Shown in pieces: positions 1-13,182 of a stretch of 64,000 nucleotides of DNA (position 1 is its first letter; each line of letters opens with the position of its first letter). The stretch lies in assembly GCF_009914755.1 (NCBI RefSeq), contig NC_060927.1. One strand, given 5' to 3'. The notes below the pieces were generated by a model. It had not been told where the DNA came from, made no database searches, and saw nothing but the letters and a program-made list of their open reading frames with translations. The stretch is from the human T2T-CHM13v2.0 reference genome, Homo sapiens. The translations under genes were made by a program, and so were the position numbers.

Positions 1-376
1 CACTTGACTGAGTAGTGAATGCTCAGGGCTGCTTTCCTGTAATTCTGGCAGAGCCTCCTCAGAGAAGCAGGGCAAAATAATTGGCTCTTATGCTACAGAT
101 GACAAGTGGGCCCTAGGGGCTGTGTGTTTTCTCAATATTGGCTTTTCTGGATGTCAGGGACAAGTAACTCAAAGATGTTTTTGTGAATGTCACTAAATAG
201 ACATGGTATAATATAATCTGTTCATTTCTTACTTGTTAAATAGCATTCACCCCTTTCTCCCATCTTATTTCATAAAAAAGACTGTTTTGTTAGGAAAACA
301 TTTCATTAGGTTGACTGACTTGAACTGTATCCATAGACTTCTTTCCCTAAACACATTTCCTTCCTGTGCTTTACAG

Positions 377-491
377 ATAATTAAAAAACTGATTGAAAGA
401 AAACAGGCACAAATTCGAAAAGTTTACCCTGGACTTTCATGTTTTAAAGATGGAGTTCGACAGATTCCTATAGAAAGCATTCCTGGAATTA
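377..491 (+). CDS. KAT2B: KAT2B/PCAF histone acetyltransferase, internal exon (IIKKLIERKQAQIRKVYPGLSCFKDGVRQIPIESIPGI)
   Basis: ttacag acceptor ends 376; A|gtacgt donor; 115 nt; peptide matches the PCAF post-HAT region; frame joins next exon (A|GA=R). Confidence 0.97.
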
Positions 492-2026
492 GTACGTATA
501 GACCTTCTTTTAAAAGCGAAATTTTTTAGTAATGCCGTGGTTTGTGTTTGAAACAATTTCCAGAATGCAGTAACTTCGAAAGCTTTATTGCCCTGCCCGT
601 CTCTGTGTTATCTCTAGTCTTTTAAGAAGGCAGCAAATGTTATCCTTTTATGTCTTCCCTACCACCCAATACAAACAAACCAAAGGGAGCTTAGATGCCC
701 CCTTGTAATAGCTGTTAATATCCACCACTTATTAAGAGTCTGCCATTTGTAGCACAGTGCGAATTATTACACATATGCAACCTTGAAAGCAGGGAATCCT
801 ATTTTATAAATGGGGAAATCGAGTTCCAAAGCAGTTAGATCATTTACTGTTAAAGGGCACATAGCCAGTAACGGTCAGAATTAGAAGCAGCCCAGTTCTG
901 ATGGCCGAACACCTTACTGTTTGCACCATGTCTCATTGCCACCATGGTTGCAGCCTCCAAGATCTGTGCTTGACTAGTCTCCCCAAACTTCTAAAAAATA
1001 CTATTTGTTATGTGTGGTGGAAATCATATACCTTGTTTCATATTCCCTATTTTACAGTAGTTTTCCTAAGGGTTCTTGTCTGTATGTTAGAGTTGAGTTG
1101 TGTTGGGTTAAACCATACCAAATAGTTGTTTTTATAGGTCAAAAGCCATTGAATATCATTTGGCAATTTTGTTCAGTTCAAATCCAGGTTCTTTTTAGTA
1201 TATTTAAGCTTTAATAAACAAAATCAAACAAGCAAAAATTTTCCAGAAAAAATAAGATGTTATTTGGACAAGATATATCACTTTATTACATGTGCCCTCT
1301 GGCAGATCTTACTTTTATGCTAAATCCAGAAATTCTACTTCCATGTATTATCTCTATTAATGACATAATAGCAACCATATCATTGAATGCCTACTTGTGC
1401 CACGCATTTATCTGTTTTTGTTTTTTTTTTTGTACATTAACTACTCTCAACAGGGATAAAACCACCTAATTTTTAGGGTTCTGTTTTATAGATTGATAAA
1501 CTGAGAGGCAACTTACTCTTATTTAGGGTGAGTTACCTTTTAAGGAAAGAACAGGAAATCACATCCAGATCTGTCAGACTCCAGGCTGTTTTCTATCTGC
1601 TACACTAAACTTTCTTGCATTACAAGCAGGGCCTTAGCCAAATAGAACAGAGACCAGGACAGAGTTTGTTCTGACCTAAAATAACAGCTTAACTCTTTTA
1701 CAGGGTGATCAGCCCAAAATTTGACTTTCAGTTTAAAAAATACACAGGCCCACAGTACTGTACATATTTATTTTTTATGCTCTCCACTGAAAGGTTGGTG
1801 TTCCTGCTTTAAAACACTAACATATGGGGCAGCGTTGTTAGTCTTGGAAATGTTTTATATTGTTAGTGGTATAAGGAAGTAACTAATTGCCATTAATTTC
1901 AGTCGTCTCTCAGAAGTAGACTTTTATTGTCATGCCTATAATTTCTTGTTTTTGATAAGTATTAACTATGTTATTCTCTTGACCAAAAGCACTTCTCATT
2001 CAGTGTTTCACTTTGTTGACGTATAG

Positions 2027-2063
2027 GAGAGACAGGCTGGAAACCGAGTGGAAAAGAGAAAAG
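2027..2063 (+). CDS. KAT2B: KAT2B 37-nt exon (RETGWKPSGKEKS)
   Basis: gtatag acceptor, AAG|gtaagt donor, phases 1/2 fit both neighbours. Confidence 0.96.
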
Positions 2064-2306
2064 GTAAGTATGACGGGCAAGAGGATGTTAATGGAAGTGA
2101 TTTTTTTTTTTCCCCACCAAGCAACTTAAAGAAAAACGGCAAACTAATTGTAATCACTAACACAACAGTTGGTGGGTTTTGAGTTTCCTAAAACATTCTG
2201 GAATGGTTCCAATTTCAGGTTTTTGTAAGAATGAGCTGAATAGTAATCAGCTGGCAATAGGGTAAAACTCTAATCATTGCTCCTTGTTTCCCTTTTTCCT
2301 TTCAAG

Positions 2307-2370
2307 TAAAGAGCCCAGAGACCCTGACCAGCTTTACAGCACGCTCAAGAGCATCCTCCAGCAGGTGAAG
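2307..2370 (+). CDS. KAT2B: KAT2B exon, start of bromodomain (KEPRDPDQLYSTLKSILQQVK)
   Basis: polypyrimidine tract + aag acceptor, AAG|gtgggt donor, 64 nt, frame continuous. Confidence 0.96.
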
Positions 2371-2466
2371 GTGGGTGTCCTCTTTATTCACCTCATGCAA
2401 ATATTTTGAAATGATTTCCCACATGGAATTTCCATATTAGATACCTTACTTTTTTCTTTACCCAAG

Positions 2467-2551
2467 AGCCATCAAAGCGCTTGGCCCTTCATGGAACCTG
2501 TGAAGAGAACAGAAGCTCCAGGATATTATGAAGTTATAAGGTTCCCCATGG
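2467..2551 (+). CDS. KAT2B: KAT2B bromodomain exon (SHQSAWPFMEPVKRTEAPGYYEVIRFPM)
   Basis: WPF and ZA-loop motifs; aag acceptor, G|gtaata donor; 85 nt. Confidence 0.97.
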
Positions 2552-3361
2552 GTAATACCATTAACATTTTCTAAGTATAGATTTAAAACTCTGGATGGCG
2601 GTGTGGGGGACAAATGGTTGCTGAGGTTGATTTGTACTCCTCTGCTTAGGGTAGGAAGTGTATGACGGGTGGTGGGATTCCATGCACCGTGGCGGGTCAG
2701 TGATGGCAGAGAAGTGGGTGGCTGTGTTCATTAGAGACATTCTGCAGCTGTCGTTTAGAGCCCACATGAGCTTAACGACACTAGACGCAGAAAATCCACG
2801 GTAACTGCAGACAGCACTAGATTTGAAAGCTGGCACTTTAGATATAACTTTGCTTATATTCTAACTCTTTGGTGCAAATAGAAAAACATCAGCTTATCCT
2901 CTTGATATGCTTTGCGTCTGTCGTAAATAGGTATTCCTTTGAATAATTATTCAGGATAATAATGAAAGAAGTTAGATTAAACTACTTGACTGCTGTACTT
3001 TCAGAGGGAGAAATTCTACTTACCACAATTCTTGATTTTCCATGCCCTTGATGGGTACTGTTAATGTCACTGTATATACTCTTTATTTTACGCTTTGTCT
3101 CATATCCAAAATCAAACAAAAAAGGATGTCTTCAGAAATGTAGAATTGTGCAGTTTGGTGCTGTGCCCACACCACTCTAAAATTAATGATTAATTGAATC
3201 ATTTGAGGTCGCTCAAATTAAACTAATTTGGCATTGTGTGGGTGACAACCAGTTGAAATGTTTTCTTTTTATCAGCTATGTGGCCATATTTTTGGAGAGA
3301 GCCAGAGTCTTCTGTCTCTTTTCTACCTGTAATCTATTCCAGGTGCTAAGAACTGTGAAAG

Positions 3362-3597
<236 letters not shown>

Positions 3598-6399
3598 TTA
3601 AAAATGTGAAAAGGAAGAGTGAAAGGGACGCATTAGCTCCTTGAAAACTGAGTTATTTACAGGTGTTTTCTATAGCATTTAAATGTTTCACATGAATATT
3701 TTATATATTTGTAGTAATGATTTCAGTAGCCTACACCCTTTAAAGTGAAGACACATCTATATGCTTTTCTTTCTCTCTTCTCTCTGACTTACCACTATTT
3801 ATTTCAGTACAAGAAAATAAAGGGTATGGTTGACTCAGTCTAGAATTGTGAATGGAAGGCTGATTTGGGAATCAATATTGTCCACTATGTGCAAAATATG
3901 TTAAAACTCTTTGTGTCCATTTCCAACCATAAATTAACTGATTTTTGCATCCTCTTCCTCTGGACCATCTCAGCTTCTTTTGGGAAACCCCCATGGGAAG
4001 CTGTGTGACTTTGGGGCCCTTTCAGCCCCTGTGCACATGCACTCTGATGACGTGCAGCGATAGGTCTAGCAGATCTCGTCGATCATAGCCTACTTGCAGC
4101 CTGCTTTCTGAAAGTGTTTTGCTTGGTCCCACCCGTGAAGGTTGTGAACTTCTCCAGTTGGATACCACCTGTATGCATAGCTGAGTCTCACAAGGGGGGA
4201 AACTGACCTAATTGAGCAAGGCCAGTGATGGGCTGAAATGTGTGCTGGACAAAGTTAAAGCTATAAATGGTGTTCTTCAGTAGGGCAGTATTTTTTTTCT
4301 TGGTATTGTTCAGATGCTGAGTAAAATATTTAGTCTTGTCCCCAAGATTATCTTGTATTTGAAGACAAGATTGACAAATCAGTAATTTTACATTTTCCCA
4401 CGATTTCCTTATTTGATTTTTCTAATAACATTACTTTTCTTTCCCCATATTCTGAAAAACTGTTTCTCTCATATGGATGGGATCTAACCTGTTTTACTTA
4501 GGGAGTCACACACTGGACATCAGCTGTATAGTCTGGCCCAAGCATGACTTCTTGTTACCCATGGATGGCTAGGCAGGGTTTTGCTGCTTACCCAGAATTC
4601 CCAAGTTAAGGGGAAAGGACATGAAAACAGAATAATTTAATGGTGTCTCTATATTTGGTACCACCAATATTTAGTCACCTTTTTTAACCCACCTCATTTT
4701 GTCAATTGAAAAAACTCTACGAAGGCCAGAGGAAGAAGAATGCTATCTATAGCTTTAGAATAGAAAGGAAGTATTCAGAATTGGTTATAGTTATTCAGAA
4801 AAGTCCAGACACCGCCATAATTCTTGCTTTGTTTCTGCTGCATTTTAGGCTCTCTCCATCTTTTCTTACCCATCTCCTAAAAAAAGTTCGAAAAGCTTTT
4901 GGACAAACTTCTTTGTGTCGTGTCATCCTTTTACTCCCCCTCCCCCTTTTTGGGGGGGTACATGTTTCTTCCTTTTAAAACATTATACATATTATATTGG
5001 GCAGCATATCTTAAGTGGTAGACATTTAGGTGGAAAAGTGAAAGGAATGTAAACATCTACTTTTACTTAGGGCCAATTTCATTGTTTTTTTCTTCTTTAA
5101 ATGAGAGAACATTTTGATCTGTTCAGTCACACTTGGATGGGACATTTAGTGTGGGATTTGATGAGTCTTTGTGTTTCTTAGCGCTTTTAGATTTTTATCT
5201 CTCTCCAAACTGTTTTAGAGAAGAAAGAAAAGTTGAAAGTTGAATTTACAGATGTGATGACGTACACTCTAACCAAGATAGGCTTTATTCAAGAGATAGG
5301 CAGAAGCAGCTTTTTTCCATTTCTTCTTTGATGCTTTTGTGGTGGATTTAGGATATTGATGCAAATGAATTCCTTCCCATTTGGGGATATTGTACGTACA
5401 TTTACTTACCTTATTAAATGATGATCCCAATGTATTTGGTTATAGGTTTCTTTCCCCCTGGAAATTTTATAACATACTTATAATTTGGGATATTGGTAGT
5501 CAGAAGTGGGTTTTTTTTTTCCCCATTTGACTTATTTTTCCACACATAGTTAATACAATTATAGCTTTTAACAATAAAGCCAGACTTCAAGACAACCAGG
5601 GAACCATAAATAGACAAATGTTAGCGTCTATTCTAATCTGCATAGAATTCCTTAAATTAGTCCTGACAGTGAGGATTGAAGAAACCCTACTTTAGTTTTA
5701 TCAGTTTAGATGGAGTACTGTTTTCACCTGTAAAATACTACAATTTAAAGCAAGTAGCTATATTGGGAAATATTCTTTGCAATAGTCTCACAAGGCTTAC
5801 TTGCTTTAGAAAATAGATTATTAAATGAAGTTTGTTATTCTTATTTCATTGATGGAGCTTGAAGCAAATTCATTTGAATCATTTTACATGCAAGGGCACT
5901 GGTGTGTTCACAGATGTATTTATTATCAGTTTCTCTATATGACACCAAAACAACTGTGAGTTTAGTGAAACAAATGCAGTCTGATTGTTTTAAGTAATTA
6001 AATGATTGAATACAAACGTTCCACCTGCTCTACTCCATATAGATAGAGCCTCTTCTGTATAATTCTGACTGAATAGCTAACAGTAGTCAGTTCATCATAC
6101 TTATTGTTGCTAATCTACTTAGCTTCCTTGTGCTGAATAGGGGATTGAACCAGATGACTAATAATGGTCCCTTTAATGCTAAAATGGCTGTGATTTTACA
6201 TTTTTAAAAAACCCACAAAAGAATGAACTTAAGATTTAAGAACTGTTTTCCTTGGTCATAAGAATTTCTCTTAAATAAAAGCATTGGGATGATAAAAATG
6301 TAATCAAACCAACAACATAGATTCCTTTCCCAGTCCCAGTTTTGTCAGCTGGTGTTTAAAGGGAGTCAAAGATTGCTAATATTTTTTTTTCCTGTGCAG

Positions 6400-6593
6400 A
6401 TCTGAAAACCATGAGTGAACGCCTCAAGAATAGGTACTACGTGTCTAAGAAATTATTCATGGCAGACTTACAGCGAGTCTTTACCAATTGCAAAGAGTAC
6501 AACCCCCCTGAGAGTGAATACTACAAATGTGCCAATATCCTGGAGAAATTCTTCTTCAGTAAAATTAAGGAAGCTGGATTAATTGACAAGTGA
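6400..6593 (+). CDS. KAT2B: KAT2B last coding exon ([14 protein letters not shown]...EAGLIDK*)
   Basis: tgcag acceptor ends 6399; bromodomain C-half (NCKEYN); TGA 6591-6593. Confidence 0.98.
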
Positions 6594-8472
6594 TTTTTTT
6601 TCCCCTCTGCTTCTTAGAAACTCACCAAGCAGTGTGCCTAAAGCAAGGTGGTTTAGTTTTTTACAAAGAATTGGACATGATGTATTGAAGAGACTTGTAA
6701 ATGTAATAATTAGCACTTTTGAAAAAACAAAAAACCTCCTTTTAGCTTTTCAGATATGTATTTAAATTGAAGTCATAGGACATTTTTATTTTATGGAATA
6801 GATTTTAATCTATTTACTACTATTAAGGTAGATTTTCTATGGCATGTCCATTAGCTATTTCATGATAGATGATTAGGGGTTTCCTCAAAACCTGTGTGTG
6901 AGGAAATTGCACACAGTAGCAAAATTTGGGGAAATCCATAACATTTTCAGACCATGAATGAATGTTTCCATTTTTTTCTAATGGAATGTGAGAGTTTATT
7001 TTTATTTTATTCTGAAGGACTTTAAGGAAGGGATACATGATTTTAAAAAAGCCTGTAAGAGGTGAAATATGTGATGTTTGAAGTCTCTTTATAGACTTTT
7101 TATATATATTTTTTAAAACACTCATCTAGATGAGGTGCTTTGAGCAGTTCTGAAAAATGCAGTTCCAGGAAAGCAACTGCTTTGGTTCCTAAGGAAGAAA
7201 TTCTAAATAATGCAAACTTTTAAAATAAGCATCTAGGTTTTTGATAATTCTGTCTACTTACAACAAACTTGTTAGTACATAACCACTATTTTAATAATTA
7301 TTTTCTCTACACAAATGTGTAATATCATATTTGACTTTGCTTATGCAGGCCATAAGTTCCAAAAGATAATTTCCCTGCCCACAAAGGCATAAACTTGAAA
7401 ACACATGAGATTGAATCAACATGCTTTAATAGGAAAAGATGTATGGTCTATATATGTATCAATCTGGTGAATCCTCGTTCTAATAAAGGTTCTTTTTCTT
7501 TTCTATGATACACACAGCCACGCTGATAATATGCAAATGAACATTTTCCTTTATGTCTCTCCAGATAATGTTTATTGTCTGAGGTAAATTAAATTCCCAC
7601 CAGGGTTTGCTGTCAGTATTTTAACACCCACATTAGTATATGCGTCCAGGGTCATAACCCCCTAAAATCCATCATGCAACCTTATTAATCTGTCTTGGGA
7701 TTCCAGTTTAGTGCTTGGATTTATTTCCTGATTACACTACATAGAAAAGTGAGACATCTGCCATTCCCAACTCTGGGAAAACCAACTAATATACAACCAT
7801 ATAAATGAAGGCCATCTTGATGGTCTCAACACTAATTTTTATGATGCAAATTTATACACTGATTTTTGTAAAGGACAAAGTTTTAAAAGCGTATTTAACT
7901 TGATGTTTTCTATCAGCATAAATAAAATGGTCATGAATAGTCATTAAAAACAGTTGCCAGTGATAATCTGCATGAAGGAAAAAGAACCCTGCAAATGGCT
8001 ATTGAGTTGGAAGTATTGTTTTTGATATGTAAGAGATATTCAGAATGCTCACACTGAAAATGCCTCAACTTTTTAAAGTGTAAGAAACCACCATGAGTGG
8101 TGTCTAGATTTCTAATGAAGAATCATGATACAGTTTGGATTAAGTATCTTGGACTGGTTTTAAACAGTGCTTTGTACCGGATCTGCTGAAGCATCTGTCC
8201 AGCTGGTATCCTGTGAAAGTTTGTTATTTTCTGAGTAGACATTCTTATAGAGTATTGTCTTTAAAATCAGATTGTCTCTTCTATATTGAAAGCATTTTTA
8301 TGTTTTCTAATTTAAAAATTAATATTTTCTTATAGATATTGTGCAATAAAGCTGAAGTAGAATGTGTGGTTTTTGCAAATGCTTTAACAGCTGATAAAAA
8401 TTTTACATTTGTAAAATTAATATATTGTACTGGTACAAAATAGTTTTAAATTATATTTTAAAAAGCTTCCAA
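6594..8472 (+). other. KAT2B: KAT2B 3' UTR (end approximate)
   Basis: AT-rich, no recognisable transposon; AATAAA at 7482, 7921, 8345; GT-rich downstream element at ~8474-8492. Confidence 0.75.
8345..8350 (+). terminator. candidate KAT2B polyadenylation signal AATAAA
   Basis: hexamer followed by GT/T-rich sequence (atgtgtggttttt). Confidence 0.55.
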
Positions 8473-10568
8473 TCTTGTGGTGTGTTTTATTCATTCAGTA
8501 GGCTGAGGTTAACAGAACAAATTATGATCTGGTTGATGACCATCAATTGAATCCTTAAACCTTAGATCTTAAGCATTCTGTTGCATTTGGGGGAGGTTTC
8601 ATAAAAAATCCATAGCTCATCAGTAAGAGATTTTCAGGAGAGACACTTACTCTGTCTTTTGAGTTATCCACTGCATCTTACCCACTCACCCGCTAAACAA
8701 TAACAAAAAAGATTCATTGAAAGAAGAGTGTTGTTGGTTTAGAAATTAAAAGATTTTTGTTTTTATACTTTGCATCTGTGAAATATATATGATGAGAGAA
8801 AAATACAGCCGATTTTTAAACATCTCCCATATGAGCTTCTAATGTGATTCAAAATGATGTCTGTAGGAAAGAATACTATATCCTTTTGGGGTTTGAGAGG
8901 ACCCAACCAAGAGAACCCCTCTTCCCTACTGAAATCTAAACCAACTGTTAAAAAAAAAAAAAAAAGGCATATGATGGCCAAAGTATTACCTTTAATACTA
9001 GTAAAATGGATATTGGAGAATGTGGCTTCCTTTTATCTGTGGAAAATGAGCTTTCTAAGGCTGAAACCCAGAATGTGATTGACCAGCTGCTCTGTACCAC
9101 TGTTCTGTACCCCAGAATGTATTGACAAGCTGCTCCGTCCCCGACTAATGGGGCAGGGACTTTCCCATTAAGCTTAGTGCAGGCCAAGAGCAGTGGTGCC
9201 CTCTCAAGGCAGGCCGACGCTGAAGAGGCCCAGGTGACAGCGGGATATGTCAACCTGTGTCCATAATCTATGGTAAGTATGTTCTTACTTAACTCCTTAA
9301 TTAGGCAAGTCCCTCCCAGGGGAAGAATGAATGAGGAGACAGAAGGAAGCCAGGAGATGACGTATGTCCTCTTTCAAGGAAGAAAACTTCTGTAATGGAG
9401 AATAAGTCTACTTCAATCAATAATTAAAAATTGGTCATATTTATTAGAAGCAAATGGTGAGAGGGAGACTTTGAGGTTTTCATTTTACCTGGATGAACAA
9501 TTTATATTTTCAGAAACTAAGAAGTAGAAACAAGATCAGACTGAGGTACTGTGGACCAGTTAATTATTTGTCACCCCTTTAAGCTAATATTCTTTAGACT
9601 AACCCTCAGTGTTTATTTAAAAGGATTCTAAGTGCCGCACAAGGAAGGGTAACTGGTGGCAGCTCTTGTCGTTAGAGCTATTCTGCTCTATCCCTTAACT
9701 AGCATTCTCCTCTTAGCAAAGTGAAAATGCCAAAGAAAAGCAATCAGCTATTCTGGAATATCAAAGGTCAGAAATGGTTGCAAGTTCTTACTTAAGAGGT
9801 AGTAATTAGGTTGATACTTTTTTCATCTGTTGAAATATAGGTTTACAATTCTTGACCATTCAGACATTTTTTCCTGGCAGAAAAAAGGTATCTGTGTAGG
9901 GGGTAGTGGAGGGTGGACAGGGAAGGTGGTGGCAGGGACTGAAATAGATGGTTCTGAGTCTTAAAGCTGCTGGTATTAAAGTGGTATTTACTTTCTCCTT
10001 TGGGTGTATCAGTGCTATCAATAAGTGATGATGAAGATTGACAGGATGAAAACAATGTTACTAATGTCTCAGGTAAAGAGCTGAAAATGAATTTAAAGAG
10101 ACAAAAAGAGCAAATGAAAGATTTCCAGGTATACTCTGGAGGAAGAGCTTCAACAAAGTAAAAAAAAGATGCTATAAGGAAGTGAGAAAACAACCATAAG
10201 CATTATGAAAGGTCCTCTTTAATGTATTTATGTATATATTTATGTATTTATATATAAATATGTAAATTCATATATATATAAATACATAAATATACAAATA
10301 TATATATTTATATATTGATTTATTTATGGGAACATCTTTACTTGTGGAAAAAGGAAGCTAACAATGACAAAGCTAGAGATTTTCTTTGGGTTTATTAAAA
10401 AGCAGTATTATTTCAACAAAGCAGAGAAAAATTAAAAGTCAAGCTTCCTGCTCCCTCTTCTTATTGGGAAGTCCGACAACTTTCACAGGATCAGGAGTTG
10501 AAAAAGATGAGAAATGATATGTGTAATTTGTGTGTGTGTATTTATATACATGTATATACATTTATATA

Positions 10569-10888
10569 CAGTTATGTACCACTTAACGATGGGGATACCT
10601 TCTGAGATGCAATGTTAGGTGATTTTGTTGGTGTGTGAGCATCCTAGAGTGTACTTACACAGTCCTGAAGCTCCATAGTATGGCCTATGGCTCTTAGGCT
10701 AGAAACCTGTATAGCATTTTACTGTACTGAATACTGTAGGCAACTGTAACACAATGGTAAGTATTTGTGTATCTAAACGTATCTAAACATAGAAAAGGTG
10801 CAGTAAAAATATGGTATTATAATCTTATGGGACCACCATAGTATACACAGGCTATTGTTGTCCAAAGATCTTCATTTGACATGACTCT
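10569..10888 (-). mobile_element. Tigger3a/MER7A-like MITE
   Basis: cagt(t/c)atg-type termini; internal 'ttataatcttatgggaccacc' as in recalled consensus. Confidence 0.75.
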
Positions 10889-11111
10889 GGGTATGTGTAT
10901 GAAATTTTATGAGCTGAACCAAGGGTTACCAGTCTCAGTTTATCTAGGTTTGAAGTTCTTTAAAAGAAATCCTGGAGAACTTGGAGGCTAAGGACCTTCT
11001 GAAAATAATGCACATGTTTACATGTGTGCACTTTCTGCATATCAGTTCACTTGGTCCTTGGACCCTCCTGAAGTTCATTGGTGAACCCCAGTTTAAGAAT
11101 CTTTGCTCTCA

Positions 11112-11318
11112 CTAGCCTGGGCAACGTAGTGAGACCGTATCTCTATCAATCAAAAAAACAAACAGAAAACATTTAGCCGAGTGTGGTGGTGCACAGTGGT
11201 GGTCCCAGCTACTTGGGAAGTTGAGGGGTGGGAGGATTACCTTAGCCTAGGAGGTCAAGGCTATGTGAGCCTTGATTGTACCACTGCACTCCAGCTTGGG
11301 TAACAGCGAGACTGTCTC

Positions 11319-11346
<28 letters not shown>
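11112..11346 (+). mobile_element. 5'-truncated Alu
   Basis: Alu right arm and A tail. Confidence 0.88.
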
Positions 11347-11350
<4 letters not shown>

Positions 11351-11583
11351 TGCTCTGTCAACCTGCCATCTTCTGCTGTTAACAGATGGACATCTAGTTT
11401 CTACTTAAAAACATCTGTGAATGGGAAATTTGCATTTTTATGCAATAGTACTGCCCATCAGTGGGACAGGCAAAGCTTTATAAGAAAGCCCGTAGGTTGG
11501 GTTGAAGTCAGCTGTTTATGATCAAGCTCTAATTCAAGTTTCCCACAGAGTACTATTAAGTTAGTGTGCCAGCACTGTTCCTA

Positions 11584-12125
<542 letters not shown>

Positions 12126-12952
12126 GCATAGGTCTTAGGTGCTAAGTTTGATGACTTTTGGCAATTGTCTACACCAGTATAATCACGACCCTAAAGACAG
12201 GACATTCTTATCACCTAAGAAAAGTTCCCTCGTGCCCCTTTCAGGTCAATTCTCCTTCCCTGTCTCCAGAAAACCACTTCTGATTTTTGTCACCATAGAT
12301 TCGTTTTGTGTTACTTGATTTCATATAAATGGGGTCACAGTTTGTACTTCCTGGGGTCTGGCTCATCCACATTGTAATATGTATCAGAAGTTCATTCCTT
12401 TTTATTGCTGAAGAGTATACTATTGTAATATTCCACGATTTGTTTATCTTCTCAAGTTTAGTGGACATTTGGGTAGTTTCTACGTTTGGGTCTTACAATA
12501 AGCCTGCTATAAACATTTTTTTTGTAGGTCTTTTTGTAAACATATGCTTTCATTTCTCTTATGTGAATACCAAATAGTGAAATTGTTAGGTCAAGAAGTA
12601 GATGTGGGCTTAATTTTATAGGACGTTCCCCCTACCCTTGTATTAACCTGTGAGGCATTTTTTATTCCAGTTCCAATATTTACTGTTACCTATTCCTTCT
12701 AAGATTTACATTTATAAATTACGAATTTGTCAATTATATGTTTTCTCATATTCATGTTATTGAAAAAAATATTGAACAGGATGAGGGAGAGGATGAAACT
12801 TTCCATTATGATGCTGGATACCAATTTGCAAGATGCTAAAGATCAAAATCACTCGAGTGTGATCATGCAGGTGTATGTGAACTCACCTAACAATCCCGAT
12901 CCAGGCTACATTTCCCACCTTTTCTATAATACCAAGCTGGAATAAATTTTAA

Positions 12953-13182
<230 letters not shown>

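Noticed and set aside
2371-2466. 96-nt (3n) KAT2B intron as a retainable coding intron
   Set aside because: In-frame TGA at codon 13
4039-4116. Possible intronic C/D snoRNA (TGATGA 4045-4050, CTGA 4108-4111)
   Set aside because: Box C lacks the leading purine, the terminal stem is out of register for a kink-turn, and I recognise no guide sequence
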